Of a DNA stretch of 64,000 bases, positions 31,689-42,168 are shown one piece after another. How positions within the stretch are numbered: the stretch's first letter is position 1; every line of letters begins with the position of its first letter. The DNA comes from an uncultured Chloroflexia bacterium (GTDB lineage Bacteria > Chloroflexota > Limnocylindria > Limnocylindrales > CSP1-4), in assembly GCA_963716815.1 (NCBI GenBank), contig CAVQUM010000012.1, positions 145,030 to 209,029 on the forward strand. Reading direction: 5' to 3'. Made by a program: the position numbers and the translations under genes. Under the pieces are notes generated by a model, which saw nothing but the letters and a program-made list of their open reading frames with translations, did not search any database and had not been told where the DNA came from.

Positions 31689-31791
31689 GGAGGGCCCTCC
31701 CTACGACCCCCCGGAGCGCGTACCGTAGCGGCGCCGCGGACCGAAGTCATGGGCGATCGACCGGCGACCGCTCGGCACGGCGAGCGGGCGA

Positions 31792-31839
31792 GAGTGGCGC
31801 GCTACGTGAGTGGCGCGCTACGTGAGTTGCGCGCTACGT
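31792..31839 (+). repeat. 16-bp tandem triplication GAGTGGCGCGCTACGT overlapping the kinase stop codon
   Basis: Units at 31792, 31808 and 31824 (one mismatch). Confidence 0.9.
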
Positions 31840-32478
31840 GCGCAGGATGATGTCCGGCTCGGCGCTGCGCTCGTAGACGAGGCGCGCATTGGGCAGGTCG
31901 TTGCCCTCGAGCTTGTCGCGGATCATCTCTTCGGTGTAGTCGTAGTCGACCCAGCGCCGGCGGTTGCGCTCCTCGAGCGTCGCCGGGTCGGTCTGCACCA
32001 GCACCGTGTGGTCGAAGAGCGGGAGCAGCATGGGCCAGGGTTCATCCTGCAGCAGCAACCAGTTACCCTCGCTAACGACTAATCGAACGCTCTGTTCGAT
32101 GATGATGGCGCCCGCGCGGGCGATTTCCAGGTCGCGGTCGAAGCGGGGCACGGCCACGTCGGGCTCGTCGTTGGCGCGGATGCGCTTGAGCGCTGAGGCA
32201 TAGCCGCACACGTCGAAGGTATGGGGAGCGCCCTTGCGTGGTCGCCAGCCGCGGGGCACCAACACCTCGTCGTCGTAGTGGTAGCCGTCCATGGGCAGCA
32301 GGGCCGTGGAGCCCGGAGCGAGCTCGTTGAGGTGACGGTCCAGCTCGGACGCGATGGTGGACTTGCCCGACGCAGGCGCACCTGCGATGGCCATGACCTG
32401 GCGCCCACCGGCGGGGATGTCACGAAGCAGGGACTCGGCGTGGGCCAGGAACGCGGTGGTCTCGAACTCCGCAGACAT
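31834..32478 (-). CDS. P-loop kinase (uridine/pantothenate/fructose-transport kinase-like)
   Basis: IAGAPASGKS, LPMDGYHYDD, RKGAP.TFD and EGNWLLL. Confidence 0.85.
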   Translation of the reverse strand: MSAEFETTAFLAHAESLLRDIPAGGRQVMAIAGAPASGKSTIASELDRHLNELAPGSTALLPMDGYHYDDEVLVPRGWRPRKGAPHTFDVCGYASALKRIRANDEPDVAVPRFDRDLEIARAGAIIIEQSVRLVVSEGNWLLLQDEPWPMLLPLFDHTVLVQTDPATLEERNRRRWVDYDYTEEMIRDKLEGNDLPNARLVYERSAEPDIILRT

Positions 32479-32498
32479 GCCCCGATGGTAGCGGGCGA

Positions 32499-34177
32499 CT
32501 AGATGCCTGATGTCGCCGCTTCCACCAGCGCCGCGAGACCCTCGGTCGAGCCTGCCCGTTCGAAGACCGCAGGAGCGCCTCGCGCGTGGGTTCGTCAAGG
32601 CCGGCCGACGTGGAGATGGCGTCGTAGGCGCGCTTGGCCTCGCTGATGGCCGGGACGGCCTCGTCGAACGCCCACGCTTCCATGAGAGCATCGACGAAGG
32701 CCGGCAGCGCCGTGCCCTCCATGGCCGCGAGCGTGTCGTGGTAGAGGCTGCGGGCCGAGAGCCGGCCAGCCATTTCTTCCATGGTCGCTACGCCATAGGT
32801 GGTCAGCGCTCGCTCGGCGGTTCCAAGGTCGTTCACGCCCGCGGGGACGTAGCCCAGCTCATCGACCGCGTCCAGCCAGTCGGTCCAGTCGGCCGGGCCT
32901 GTGGCTGCACCGGAACCGTCGCCATAGCGTGGTGTGCCGGCCAGCAACGAGTCGATGACCGCGCGCATCCGCACCATCCCGATGTCCTCGGCCGCTTCCT
33001 CGACGATGGTGCAGGCGGCCATGGCTTGCCACACCGGAAGCATGGGCGCGACCGCGTTCGGTTCGTGGCGGACCTGCCAATCATGCAGGTCGGGCGCACC
33101 GTCCGCCGGATATTCGGAAGCCGGGACGCAGCCATAGCCGGCAGCGACCAGCCCGGCCCAGAGGGCAAGGCCCTCGGCCAACCAGGGATCGGCGATGGAT
33201 GTCTCGGTCAACCACGTACGAGCGAGCGCTGCGAGCGGTGCCGCTCCGATCTCGAAGTCTTCGTCCATCAGCAGACGGCCTTCCCGCCGGTCTAGGTCGG
33301 TCGGGCTGCCGAAGTCGTTGACGCGTGCCGCTTCCTGGATCGTCAGCGAAGAGAAGGGCATGGCCGAGCCGTACAGACGCTCGATGAGGGGCAGGCCCTC
33401 CTCGATGACGGTCGCCATCGACGTGGCCCACGCCTGGTCGTCCGGCCAGGCCGAGAGCGTGATGAGCTGGCCGCGTGGCGCGAGGATGTGCGTGCGTACC
33501 ATCGCGTCCGGGTCGAGCGCGTCGGTGCAGATGACCGCGTTGCCGGGCAGCTTCTGATTTGCCAGGCTAACGACGGTGCTGCCCGCGCTGGTTCTCGTCT
33601 TGGTGGCAGCACCGGTCGAGCGCACCTCCCAGCCAGCGGGCAGGATCGCTCGGGCCGTCCCCTTGTCGGTGGCTTCGGGCCACCAGCAGAAATGGGCGTA
33701 GCCGGTGGTGACCCGCGTCTGCTGGCCGGCAGCCATGACGGAATCCGCAAGGTCATAGGCGATCTCGAGGACCTGCTTCTTCTTGTAGTACAGCGGAGGG
33801 AAGGTGGCGACCCAGGTCGTGCCGGCCGGGTCGCTGCCGATCGGGACCCCCTCGGCCTTCCTACCCGTGACGGTCACGTCGACTGCGTCGAGCGGGGTCT
33901 GGATCGGCCCCCAACCGGTGATGTGGTACCTGAGCGTCGTCGTGCACGTCCGCCGCGGCGCGCCCTTGCAGGGACCCCTGCTCACGAGCGGCTTCTTCTG
34001 GTTGACGAGGTTGACGGTGGCGCGCGCGGCGACCTTTCGTTCGTCGGGCAGGAGCGTGAAGACCGACTTGGAGGTCTCCTTGACCTCGTCCATGACCGCC
34101 AGCGTGCTGGTCGGGATGGCGACGACGAGTGCGAGGGCCGCAGACAGGGCAACAGTGCGACGTGGAGTGGCAGGCAT
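32499..34177 (-). CDS. Secreted protein with degenerate M1/gluzincin-like domain (frameshift ~32560)
   Basis: Signal peptide; WLAEGLA resembles the M1 WLNEG motif, but the HExxH position reads LAALARTW. Confidence 0.55.
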
Positions 34178-34324
34178 GGTCAGAGTTCCCCCGATCGGTG
34201 TGTTGCTCCGAGCGTGCGCTGACGCGCCGAAGGCGAGAAGTGGCTCTTTCGTCCCGCAACGGCTGGCTCCACGTCGTCGTCGGCCGCAACGACTAGGCTG
34301 GCACGAGCCCGACCGCGGAGGTCC

Positions 34325-36664
34325 ATGACACACGGGGAGGGGAGATGGCCGAAGAGCTGTCTGTGCCTGTTCAAGTCGAGCCGGCGCACCGAGTACACGC
34401 AGGAGAACCTGCGCATCCTCTCGGGCGCGCTCGGCAGCGAGGTCGAGGTCGCCTACAAGGAGCGATGGCTCGGCGAGGGCGTACGCGACCGATTACCCGA
34501 GGCCGGCGACCCGGTCCTGATCGCGCTGGCTGACCCTCCATACACCAGGAACCACCCCATCCGACGGGCGCAGGTCGTGCGCGTCGAGTACGAGGCTGAC
34601 ACGCTGCGGCTGGCCCTGCGCCTGGGTGTGCGGGTCGCGACCGAGAACAGGGACCGCTGGCGCGCGCTCGTCGAATCGGGCGAGCATCCCAAGGCGGGCC
34701 AGTTCGCGGTCCGTATCGGCATCGACGAGGGCGTGCTGGAGGACATGGTCGACCCCGTGCGCGAACTGAGCGTGTGGAAGAAGCAGGTCAAGGCCGTGAG
34801 CCACGGCGAGGGCTACGCACGCGTGGCCTTCCTGCGTGTCGAGCGCGTGGCCGAAGTGGGCGAGCCGCCCGTCGAGCCGCCCTACCGGTTGGTCAGCGGC
34901 CGCACCTACCAGGTCGACGTCTCTGCCTTCAACCCGCATCTCGACGCCGAGACGCTCGACGACCTGCGTCTCGTCCCGGTGCCGCAGCCGTCGCTCGCGG
35001 AAGTCGAGACGGACGCACAGCCGATCCCGGCCGACGGCGAACTGCAGGTGCTGCTGGTGCCCCGTGCGATGGGCCCAGCCCTGCTCGAGTCGAGCGTGTC
35101 CCGCGGCGCGGAGTTCTGGGATGCCCTCTGGTTCGAGTGGCAGACCGTGCCGCCCGCCCCGCAGGCCGAGCCGGTCGCTGTCTCCGGGCCGGCCGTCGAC
35201 GCGCCGGTCACCGTGCCAGAGGCCCCCGTGGCCGAGCCGGCAGCGGTCCCCCTCGCGTACGAGGACCTGGGGTCGCACCTCCTTGCTGCCTATGAGTTGC
35301 TCCGCGGCCATCATCCGGTCGACGCCGAGCTGCGTCTGCGTGTGCTCGACGAGATGCTCCAGGGCGCCCCCGGGCTGGAGCGGCTGCAGGAGCAGAAGGG
35401 CATCGTCCTGCACGAGCTGCGCCAGTGGCCGCAAGCGGCGCAGGTGCTTGACGGGTTGACGCCGGGTGCTCTCAGCGCGGAGGGCCGGACCATGCTCGTC
35501 TCGGCCTGGTTCATGCAGGGGCAGCTACCGCAGCCACTCGAGCGCATCAAGGTCGCCGACTTCTCACGGGAGGAGTGGTTCGGGCTGCTGCTCGATGCCT
35601 CGCGCCGCCTGACGGTCGCGCAGCAGGTCGAGGTCGCCCGTTTGCTCGCGACCACCGTGCTCGCCGAGGACAGGGCCAGCCGCTGGATCACGCCGCTGGC
35701 CACGAGCGAGTCACTGCCGCGACGCGATCGGCTGGACCTGCTGGACATCTGGGCCGAAGCCGATCCAGCCGCCGCGGCTGCTGCGCTCGAAGGATTGGTG
35801 GTCGACGGCATCGCCGAACTGGCGGACCCGCGACTTGCCCGGCTGGCACTGGATCTGGCGCTCGATGCGCGTCGGGTGACGCTCGCGCGCCGGGCGGCGT
35901 TCGCGCTCACGGACATCCATGCCGAGCGCAAGGACGTGACGGCATTGGAGGGCCTGCTCCAGGCCGTCATGGGCAGGTTCGTGCGGGACGATCGGAACTC
36001 CGTCGGCGAGGACATCGTCGTGACCATCGCCGACGTCGCGGACGAGGAGGCAGAGATCGACGTCGCGCTCGCGGCGGCAGCCGAGCTCATCGAGGACCGC
36101 CGGCAGCGGGGTGACCTCGACTCGGCCGCGCAACTCGGGAAGCTGGTCACGGCCAACGATCATCGGGCCGGCAAGCGCGTCCGGCACCAGCTAGAGGAGG
36201 TGATCGACCGGCTCGACGAGGCCATGGAGAAGTCCAGGACCATGCGCCGCTTCGAGATGGCGCGTCGGCGAGAGCTGGGCCAGGACATCAAGGACTTCGT
36301 CGGTGGCAAGCGCGTGCTCGTGGTCGGCGCCAACGATCAGCTGTGGTGGCCGGAGCTGCGCCAGGAGTTCGGCTTCGATCCGGGTTCCCAGTGGATCGCC
36401 ACCGAGAAGCGCAAGGCGCCATCGGCCGACAAGATCATCAAGAAGATGGAGCAGATCGAACTACTGGTCATCCAGCTGCGGATCGGCCACAAGACGTCCG
36501 CCCCGCTCGAGAAGGCGGCCAAGGAGCGGGGCATCAAGGTGGTCAAGGTGCCCAACCCCAGCCGCGACTCGTTCACGCAGGCCATCCGCATCGCGCTCAT
36601 CGACCAGGCGCCGACGGGTGTAGCGGCGATCGCGGGCTCCGGCATCGACGACCTGATCGGGTAG
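34325..36664 (+). CDS. Large hypothetical protein: unknown N-terminal domain, helical/TPR-like centre, DUF2325-like C-terminus
   Basis: 779-aa ORF. The C-terminus RVLVVG...IGHKTSAPLEKAAKERGIKVVKV resembles DUF2325. The start may be ATG 34345 with an indel. Confidence 0.6.
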   Translation: MTHGEGRWPKSCLCLFKSSRRTEYTQENLRILSGALGSEVEVAYKERWLGEGVRDRLPEAGDPVLIALADPPYTRNHPIRRAQVVRVEYEADTLRLALRLGVRVATENRDRWRALVESGEHPKAGQFAVRIGIDEGVLEDMVDPVRELSVWKKQVKAVSHGEGYARVAFLRVERVAEVGEPPVEPPYRLVSGRTYQVDVSAFNPHLDAETLDDLRLVPVPQPSLAEVETDAQPIPADGELQVLLVPRAMGPALLESSVSRGAEFWDALWFEWQTVPPAPQAEPVAVSGPAVDAPVTVPEAPVAEPAAVPLAYEDLGSHLLAAYELLRGHHPVDAELRLRVLDEMLQGAPGLERLQEQKGIVLHELRQWPQAAQVLDGLTPGALSAEGRTMLVSAWFMQGQLPQPLERIKVADFSREEWFGLLLDASRRLTVAQQVEVARLLATTVLAEDRASRWITPLATSESLPRRDRLDLLDIWAEADPAAAAAALEGLVVDGIAELADPRLARLALDLALDARRVTLARRAAFALTDIHAERKDVTALEGLLQAVMGRFVRDDRNSVGEDIVVTIADVADEEAEIDVALAAAAELIEDRRQRGDLDSAAQLGKLVTANDHRAGKRVRHQLEEVIDRLDEAMEKSRTMRRFEMARRRELGQDIKDFVGGKRVLVVGANDQLWWPELRQEFGFDPGSQWIATEKRKAPSADKIIKKMEQIELLVIQLRIGHKTSAPLEKAAKERGIKVVKVPNPSRDSFTQAIRIALIDQAPTGVAAIAGSGIDDLIG

Positions 36665-36680
36665 CGGTCGGTCGCCGACT

Positions 36681-36708
36681 TTCGCAACGGCTATCGTTGC
36701 GATACGAT
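36681..36708 (+). promoter_or_regulatory. Leaderless promoter with palindromic operator for the Xre-RES TA pair
   Basis: TTCGCA-N16-TACGAT lies 6 nt before ATG 36715; CGCAACG-N5-CGTTGCG spans 36683-36701. Confidence 0.6.
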
Positions 36709-36714
36709 GCCGAC

Positions 36715-37047
36715 ATGGACGGACGCGCACGACAGAAGCTGACGGCCCTGGTCGAGGACATGGGCAGTCAGGCGCAGGTCGCGCGGGCCCTCGAGGTGAA
36801 CCCCTCGCGCGTCAGCCGCTGGCTCGCGGACGAGGAGCCGGACCGCGAGAACCTGCTCAAGCTGGAGGCGGTCGAGTTCGCGCTGTCGCGACTGCAGGTG
36901 ACATACCAGCGGCCAACGGCGCTCAAGTGGCTCTACGGCTTCAACGCCCACCTCGGTGGTGCCCGGCCCATCGACCTGCTCAATCGCGGCCGGGTGTCGG
37001 ACGTGTTGCGGGCCATCGAGGCCGACGAGTCCGGCGCCTACGCGTAG
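36715..37047 (+). CDS. Xre/MbcA/ParS-type antitoxin
   Basis: HTH SQAQVARALEVNPSRVSRW followed by WL.GFNAHLGGARPIDLL. Confidence 0.85.
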   Translation: MDGRARQKLTALVEDMGSQAQVARALEVNPSRVSRWLADEEPDRENLLKLEAVEFALSRLQVTYQRPTALKWLYGFNAHLGGARPIDLLNRGRVSDVLRAIEADESGAYA

Positions 37048-37056
37048 GGCTGGCGC

Positions 37057-37638
37057 GTGCTCTTCCGGGTCTACCGCGCGCTCGAGGGAGCGGCCGCCGA
37101 CGCTCGTGGAGGACCGCTCTTCGTCCCGCGCGAGCGGCAGGGTGCGGGCCGGCATGACGACCCGGGCCGCTACGGCGCCTTCTATGCCGCGCGTTCACCC
37201 GTGGCCGCGGCCGCCGAGACGATCCAGGCCTTCCGCGGGCGCGACCTCTCCCCGGAGGACCTGGCGTTGGCCGATGGGTCGCACCTGACGCTCGCGAGTT
37301 TCGACGATGCCGCGCTCGAGTCGCTCCTCGACCTCGACGAGCCGGCGGTGCTGGTCGAGGAGGGCTGGCGACCATCGGGCGTTGCCAGCCGCGACCGAGG
37401 CGTCACCCAGGCCATGGCCGTGCGTGCCTTCGAGGCCGGTGCGTTGGGCCTCAGCTGGTGGTCCACGCTCGACTCGGCCTGGACCAACGTGACCCTCTTC
37501 GCCGAGCGCACGATCGCCGCCGGAGCGGTGGTGCTCGAGCGGTCGGTCGAGCCGCTGACGCTCGCGCATCCGGCGCTCGTGGCCGCGGCCGACCACCTGG
37601 CCATCCCGCTCACGCGTCGGAGCCGCCGCCGCCGGTAG
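37057..37638 (+). CDS. RES-domain toxin
   Basis: GRHD..G...FYAA.S...A.AE, TQAMA and WWS..N..LF; directly follows the antitoxin. Confidence 0.85.
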   Translation: MLFRVYRALEGAAADARGGPLFVPRERQGAGRHDDPGRYGAFYAARSPVAAAAETIQAFRGRDLSPEDLALADGSHLTLASFDDAALESLLDLDEPAVLVEEGWRPSGVASRDRGVTQAMAVRAFEAGALGLSWWSTLDSAWTNVTLFAERTIAAGAVVLERSVEPLTLAHPALVAAADHLAIPLTRRSRRRR

Positions 37639-37741
37639 TCGGGGCCATGATGGCGTGACACGCGAGGTGGCACGGTCGGGTGGGACGCTCGCCGTCCGAG
37701 CGTCCACACTGGCACCGAGCACCCGAGCACCCGAGGGCACG

Positions 37742-38920
37742 ATGCAACGATCGAACCAGCGGACGTCCGGTGAACCGGTCCGCTTCATCCTGACCGCCGA
37801 CTGGCAGCTGGGCATGACGCGCCACTTCCTCGAGGGCGAGGCGCAGGCGCGCTTCGGGCAGGCGCGCATCGACGCCATCCGTGCCATCGGCGGGCTCGCT
37901 GCGGAGCAGGATGCGCTCTTCGTGGCTGTCGGTGGCGATGTCTTCGAGACCAACCAGGTAGACCCGCGCACCGTCGGGCGCACGGCGGAGGCGCTGGCCC
38001 AGGTGCCCGTGCCCGTCTTCCTGCTGCCCGGCAACCACGACCCGCTCGATGCCGGCTCGGTCTTCCGCTCACGCACGTTCCTGCGCGACAAGCCGGACCA
38101 CGTGAAGGTGCTGGAGGATTCGCGGCCGCACCAGGTCGCCCCCGGCGTGGAGGTCGTGGGCGCACCCTGGTTCTCCAAGCGACCCCTGCACGACCTGGTG
38201 GCAGAAGCCTGCGCGGGGTTGGAGGCAGTCCCCGGTGTGCAGCGCATCCTGCTGGCCCACGGGGCGGTCGACGAGCTGATGCCCTTCGACAACCCGGCCC
38301 TCATCGGCCTCGCAGGCGTGGAGGCGGCCATCGCCGATGGGCGCATCAGCTTCCTGGGCCTGGGTGACCGCCACTCGACGACCCGCGTCGGGGCGAGCGG
38401 GCGTATCTGGTACCCGGGCACGCCGGAGCCCACCGACTACGACGAGGATGACCCCGGCAACGCCCTGCTCGTGGAGCTCGCCGCCGACGGTACGACCACG
38501 GTCACGCCGCACCACGTGGGCACGTGGAAGTTCATCTACCACTCACGCACGCTCGACGGAGCCGATGCGCTCGACGCGCTTGCGACGTGGCTGGCCGAGC
38601 ACCCGGACAAGGACCGCACGGTGGTGAAGCTGGCTCTCGAGGGCACCATCTCGCTGACCGACAACGCGCGGCTGGGCGATCTGCTCGAGCGCAACCGCCA
38701 GCTCTATGCCGCGATCGAGGTCCACGGCCGTCGCACCGATCTGGTGGTCCGGCCGGATGACGACGACTTCGAGGACCTGCACCTCTCCGGCTTCGCACAG
38801 GCGGCGCTGGACACGCTGCGGGAAGCGGCCGGCGATGACGACGATGAGGCGGAGGTCGCGCGCGAGGCGCTGGCCCTGCTCGTCCGCTTCGCTGCGAGCG
38901 GCGAGGAGGCCGCCCGATGA
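37742..38920 (+). CDS. Mre11/SbcD-like metallophosphoesterase nuclease
   Basis: ADWQLG, GGDVFE, LPGNHDP, LAHG and LGDRHS. Confidence 0.9.
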   Translation: MQRSNQRTSGEPVRFILTADWQLGMTRHFLEGEAQARFGQARIDAIRAIGGLAAEQDALFVAVGGDVFETNQVDPRTVGRTAEALAQVPVPVFLLPGNHDPLDAGSVFRSRTFLRDKPDHVKVLEDSRPHQVAPGVEVVGAPWFSKRPLHDLVAEACAGLEAVPGVQRILLAHGAVDELMPFDNPALIGLAGVEAAIADGRISFLGLGDRHSTTRVGASGRIWYPGTPEPTDYDEDDPGNALLVELAADGTTTVTPHHVGTWKFIYHSRTLDGADALDALATWLAEHPDKDRTVVKLALEGTISLTDNARLGDLLERNRQLYAAIEVHGRRTDLVVRPDDDDFEDLHLSGFAQAALDTLREAAGDDDDEAEVAREALALLVRFAASGEEAAR

Positions 38921-41560
38921 GGATCACGCGCGTCCGCCTCAAGAACTACCGCGGCATCGACGAGCGCGAGATCGAGCTCGAACCCCTCGGTGTGACCGTG
39001 ATCCAGGGTCCCAACGAGATCGGCAAGTCGTCCATCGCGGAGGGGCTCGACCTGCTGCTCGAGCACCTCGACAGCTCGGGCCGGAAGGAGATCAAGGACG
39101 TCCAGCCGGTCGGGCGAGACGTGGGTCCGGAGGTCGAGGTCGACATGGAGACCGGGCCATACGCCTTCACCTACCGCAAGCGCTTCCTGCGCGACCGCGA
39201 GACGGTCCTGCGCATCACCCGGCCGCGCCCGGAGAACCTCGCTGGCCGAGAGGCGCACGAGCGCGTGCAGTCGATGCTCGAGGAGACGCTCGATCGGTCG
39301 CTGTGGAGGGCCCTGCGCATCACGCAGGGTGACAAGGTCGGTGACATCAAGCTCAACGGCATCGGCTCGCTCTCTGCGGCGCTGGACGCAGCGGCCGGCA
39401 CTACGCCGGTCGGCGATGCGGAGACCTCGCTCTACGACCGCGCTCGCGAGGAGTACCTGAAGTACTGGACCGACACGGGCCGGGCCAAGGGTGAGGCCGG
39501 CGACCTGCGGAAGGAGGTCGAGGCGCAGCAGGTCCTCGGTGGATGAGATCGAGGCGGCGCTGCGGGCGCTCGAGGACGATGTCGAGAGCGTGGCCCGGCT
39601 CAGCGCTGAGCGCGAGAGCCTGGGAGAGCAGCGTGCCCAGAACGAAGAGCTGGCCCAAGAGCTACGCGGGGCCTGGCGCAAGGTCGAGGGCATCCAGAAG
39701 CAGGTGGAGACCGCGGAGGCTCGCCTGGAGACCGCACGCCTGGCGACCGAGCAGGCAAGCGCAGCCGTCAAGGCCCGCGCTGCGCTCGTGGCCAGGGTTC
39801 AGGCAGACCAGGCCGAGCGGAAGCGGTGGCGCGAAGCGAAGGAGCGGTCGGCGCCGGCGCTGAGGTCGAGCCTGGAGCGGGCCGAGGCGGCCGGGACCGC
39901 CCTTGCGGCTGCGACCGAGGCGCGGGCGGCGTCGGAACGGGCCGCGACCCTGCTGCGCAACGACATCGAACACCTGCGGGACCAGGCCGCCATCGCGGCC
40001 CTGCGCGACCAGCGCCAACGGTTGCGCGAGGCCAGCGCTGGCCTGGCGCAGGCGGAAGCCGTGCTCGCGGCCAACAAGGTGGACGACGATGCGCTGGAGG
40101 CGGTCCAAGCGTCGAGCATCGTGCTGCAGACCGCGCAGGCGCGGCTGGAGGCCGGCTCCCCGTCGGTGGCTATCGAGTCGCTGGGCGCCGATCGCATCGA
40201 GGTCGATGGTGAAGCCGTGGAGCTGGAACCCGGTGCCACCGAGGAGCGTCCAGTCATCGGGCAGCTCCGCGTGGAGGTGCCTGGTTCGGTGCGTTTGGAG
40301 GTCAGCGCGGGCGCCGATGGCGAGGAGCTGAAGCGCGCGTTGGCTGGGGCAGCGGCAGCGTTCGCCCAGGCTTGCGAAGCGGCCGGTGTCGACGACCTGG
40401 CCCAGGCACAGGCGGCGGCGGTGGCGCGGAGAGACGCGGTGACCGCGCGGGACGCCCACCGCCGCACGATCACGTCGATCCTCGATCATCTCGATCTTGA
40501 GTCCGCCGACGAGCTCGATCCGCGCATCAAGGTCACCGGGCAGCGCGTCGAGGAGTACGCGCACGCGCGTCCCGCGGAGCGCGCGCTGCCCGTGGACCTG
40601 GATACCGCCGTAGCTGCGGTCAGGCCGGCCGACGAGACGCTGGAGGCTGCGCGGGCAGCGGAGGAGCAGGCTCGCGCGGAGGACGAGGCCGCGCGCGGGC
40701 AGCTGGCCAAGTTCGAGACTGCCGCCACGGAGGTCGACGTGCGGCTGAACGTCGCCGGGGAGGCCCTGGCTGCGAGCGAGACGGCCCTGGCCCAGGCACG
40801 CCAGGCTGCATCAGACGAGGCGCAGGCGGAGCGGCAGGCGGAGGCGGAGAAGGCCGAGGGCGCGGCTGACGCCGCCGTCAAGGAGGCGCGAGCCACGCTG
40901 GAGGCGGAGGGTCCGGAGGCGCTGAAGGCGCGGCTGGACAACGCAGAGGCCGTGCTGGCCCGCTCCAGCGGGGATCTGCGTGACGTGGAGGACCAGTTGC
41001 TGGCGGTGCGGACCCGCCTGGCCGACCGCCAGGAGGAGGGCCTCTCGGAGCGGCGCGACCAGGCGGTCGTGGACCTGGGAGTGGCCGGACGTGAGCTGGA
41101 GACCTACCAGCGCCGGGCAGCCGCGCGCAAGCTGCTGTACGAGACGCTCAAGGCCGCGCGGGATGAGGCCCACCGCGCCTACATCGGCCCGCTGCGAGAG
41201 AGCATCGAGCGGCTCGGCCGCGTGGTCTACGGCGAGTCGTTCGGGGTGGAGCTGAGCGACGACCTGCGCATCGCGGACCGCACGCTCGACGGCGAGACCG
41301 TGCCCTTCGAGAGCCTGAGCGTCGGCACCAAGGAGCAGCTGGGCGTCATCGCCCGTCTGGCTTGCGCCGTCATCGTCGCCGACGACGAGGGCGCGCCCCT
41401 CATCCTCGACGACACCCTCGGCTTCAGTGACCCGGTCCGGCTCGAGGCGATGGGCGCGGTGCTCGGCCTCGCCGGCAGCTCCTGCCAGGTCATCGCCCTC
41501 ACCTGCTACCCCGACCGCTACCGCCACGTCGGCGCTGCCACCATCCGTCGACTGGGGTAG
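38917..41560 (+). CDS. Rad50/SbcC-like (YhaN-type) coiled-coil ATPase (frameshift ~39530)
   Basis: Walker A GPNEIGKS, long coiled coil, signature LSVGTKEQ and Walker B LILDD..GFSD. Confidence 0.88.
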
Positions 41561-41566
41561 AGAGTC

Positions 41567-41595
41567 TTGACAGTAGAACGTGATACTGTCATTAT
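41567..41595 (+). promoter_or_regulatory. Sigma70-type leaderless promoter overlapped by palindrome TGACAGTA-N8-TACTGTCA
   Basis: TTGACA (41567)-N17-CATTAT (41590) lies 6 nt before the MerR ATG; the perfect 8-bp inverted repeat spans 41568-41591. Confidence 0.7.
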
Positions 41596-41601
41596 CACCC
41601 C

Positions 41602-42166
41602 ATGCCGAAGGAGCAGGAGTATGCGATCGGGGAGCTGGCTGACCTCGCAGGAGTGACGCCACGGACCATCCGCTACTACGTCTCGATCGGCCTGTTGCCC
41701 TCACCGGAGCAGGCCGGGCCCAAGACCAGGTACACGGACGGTCATCTCCAGCGCCTGCGCCTGATTCGTCATCTGCAACGGCAACATCTGCCGCTGGCGG
41801 GAGATCGGCGACCGGGTCGCAACGCTCGACGACGAAGCCGTGGCAGCGGCGCTCGACGCGGACGTGGCGGCTCGGCCGGTGGACTCGGCATTGGACTACA
41901 TCGAACGCCTCCGGGGCGAGCGGCCGCTCGAGCCCGGATCGAAGGAGGTCACGCCCACGCCCAGCAGGACATTCGCCCTGCGGCTCACAGAGCCGAGTCT
42001 GCAGCCGCCGAGCAAGGCGCAGCTGGACACACGGACGCGTTGGGAACGCGTCCCGCTCAGCGAGTCTGTCGAACCGCACGTCCGCCATCCCATGGACCGG
42101 CGGACGCGCAGGCAGATCGAGCACTACATCCGGCTGGGCCGGGAGATGCTCGAGGAAGGGGAGTGA
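41602..42166 (+). CDS. MerR-family HTH regulator (frameshift ~41805)
   Basis: YAIGELADLAGVTPRTIRYY...GLLP and RL.LI..LQ; C-terminus WERVPL...VE.HV. Confidence 0.88.
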
Positions 42167-42168
42167 CC

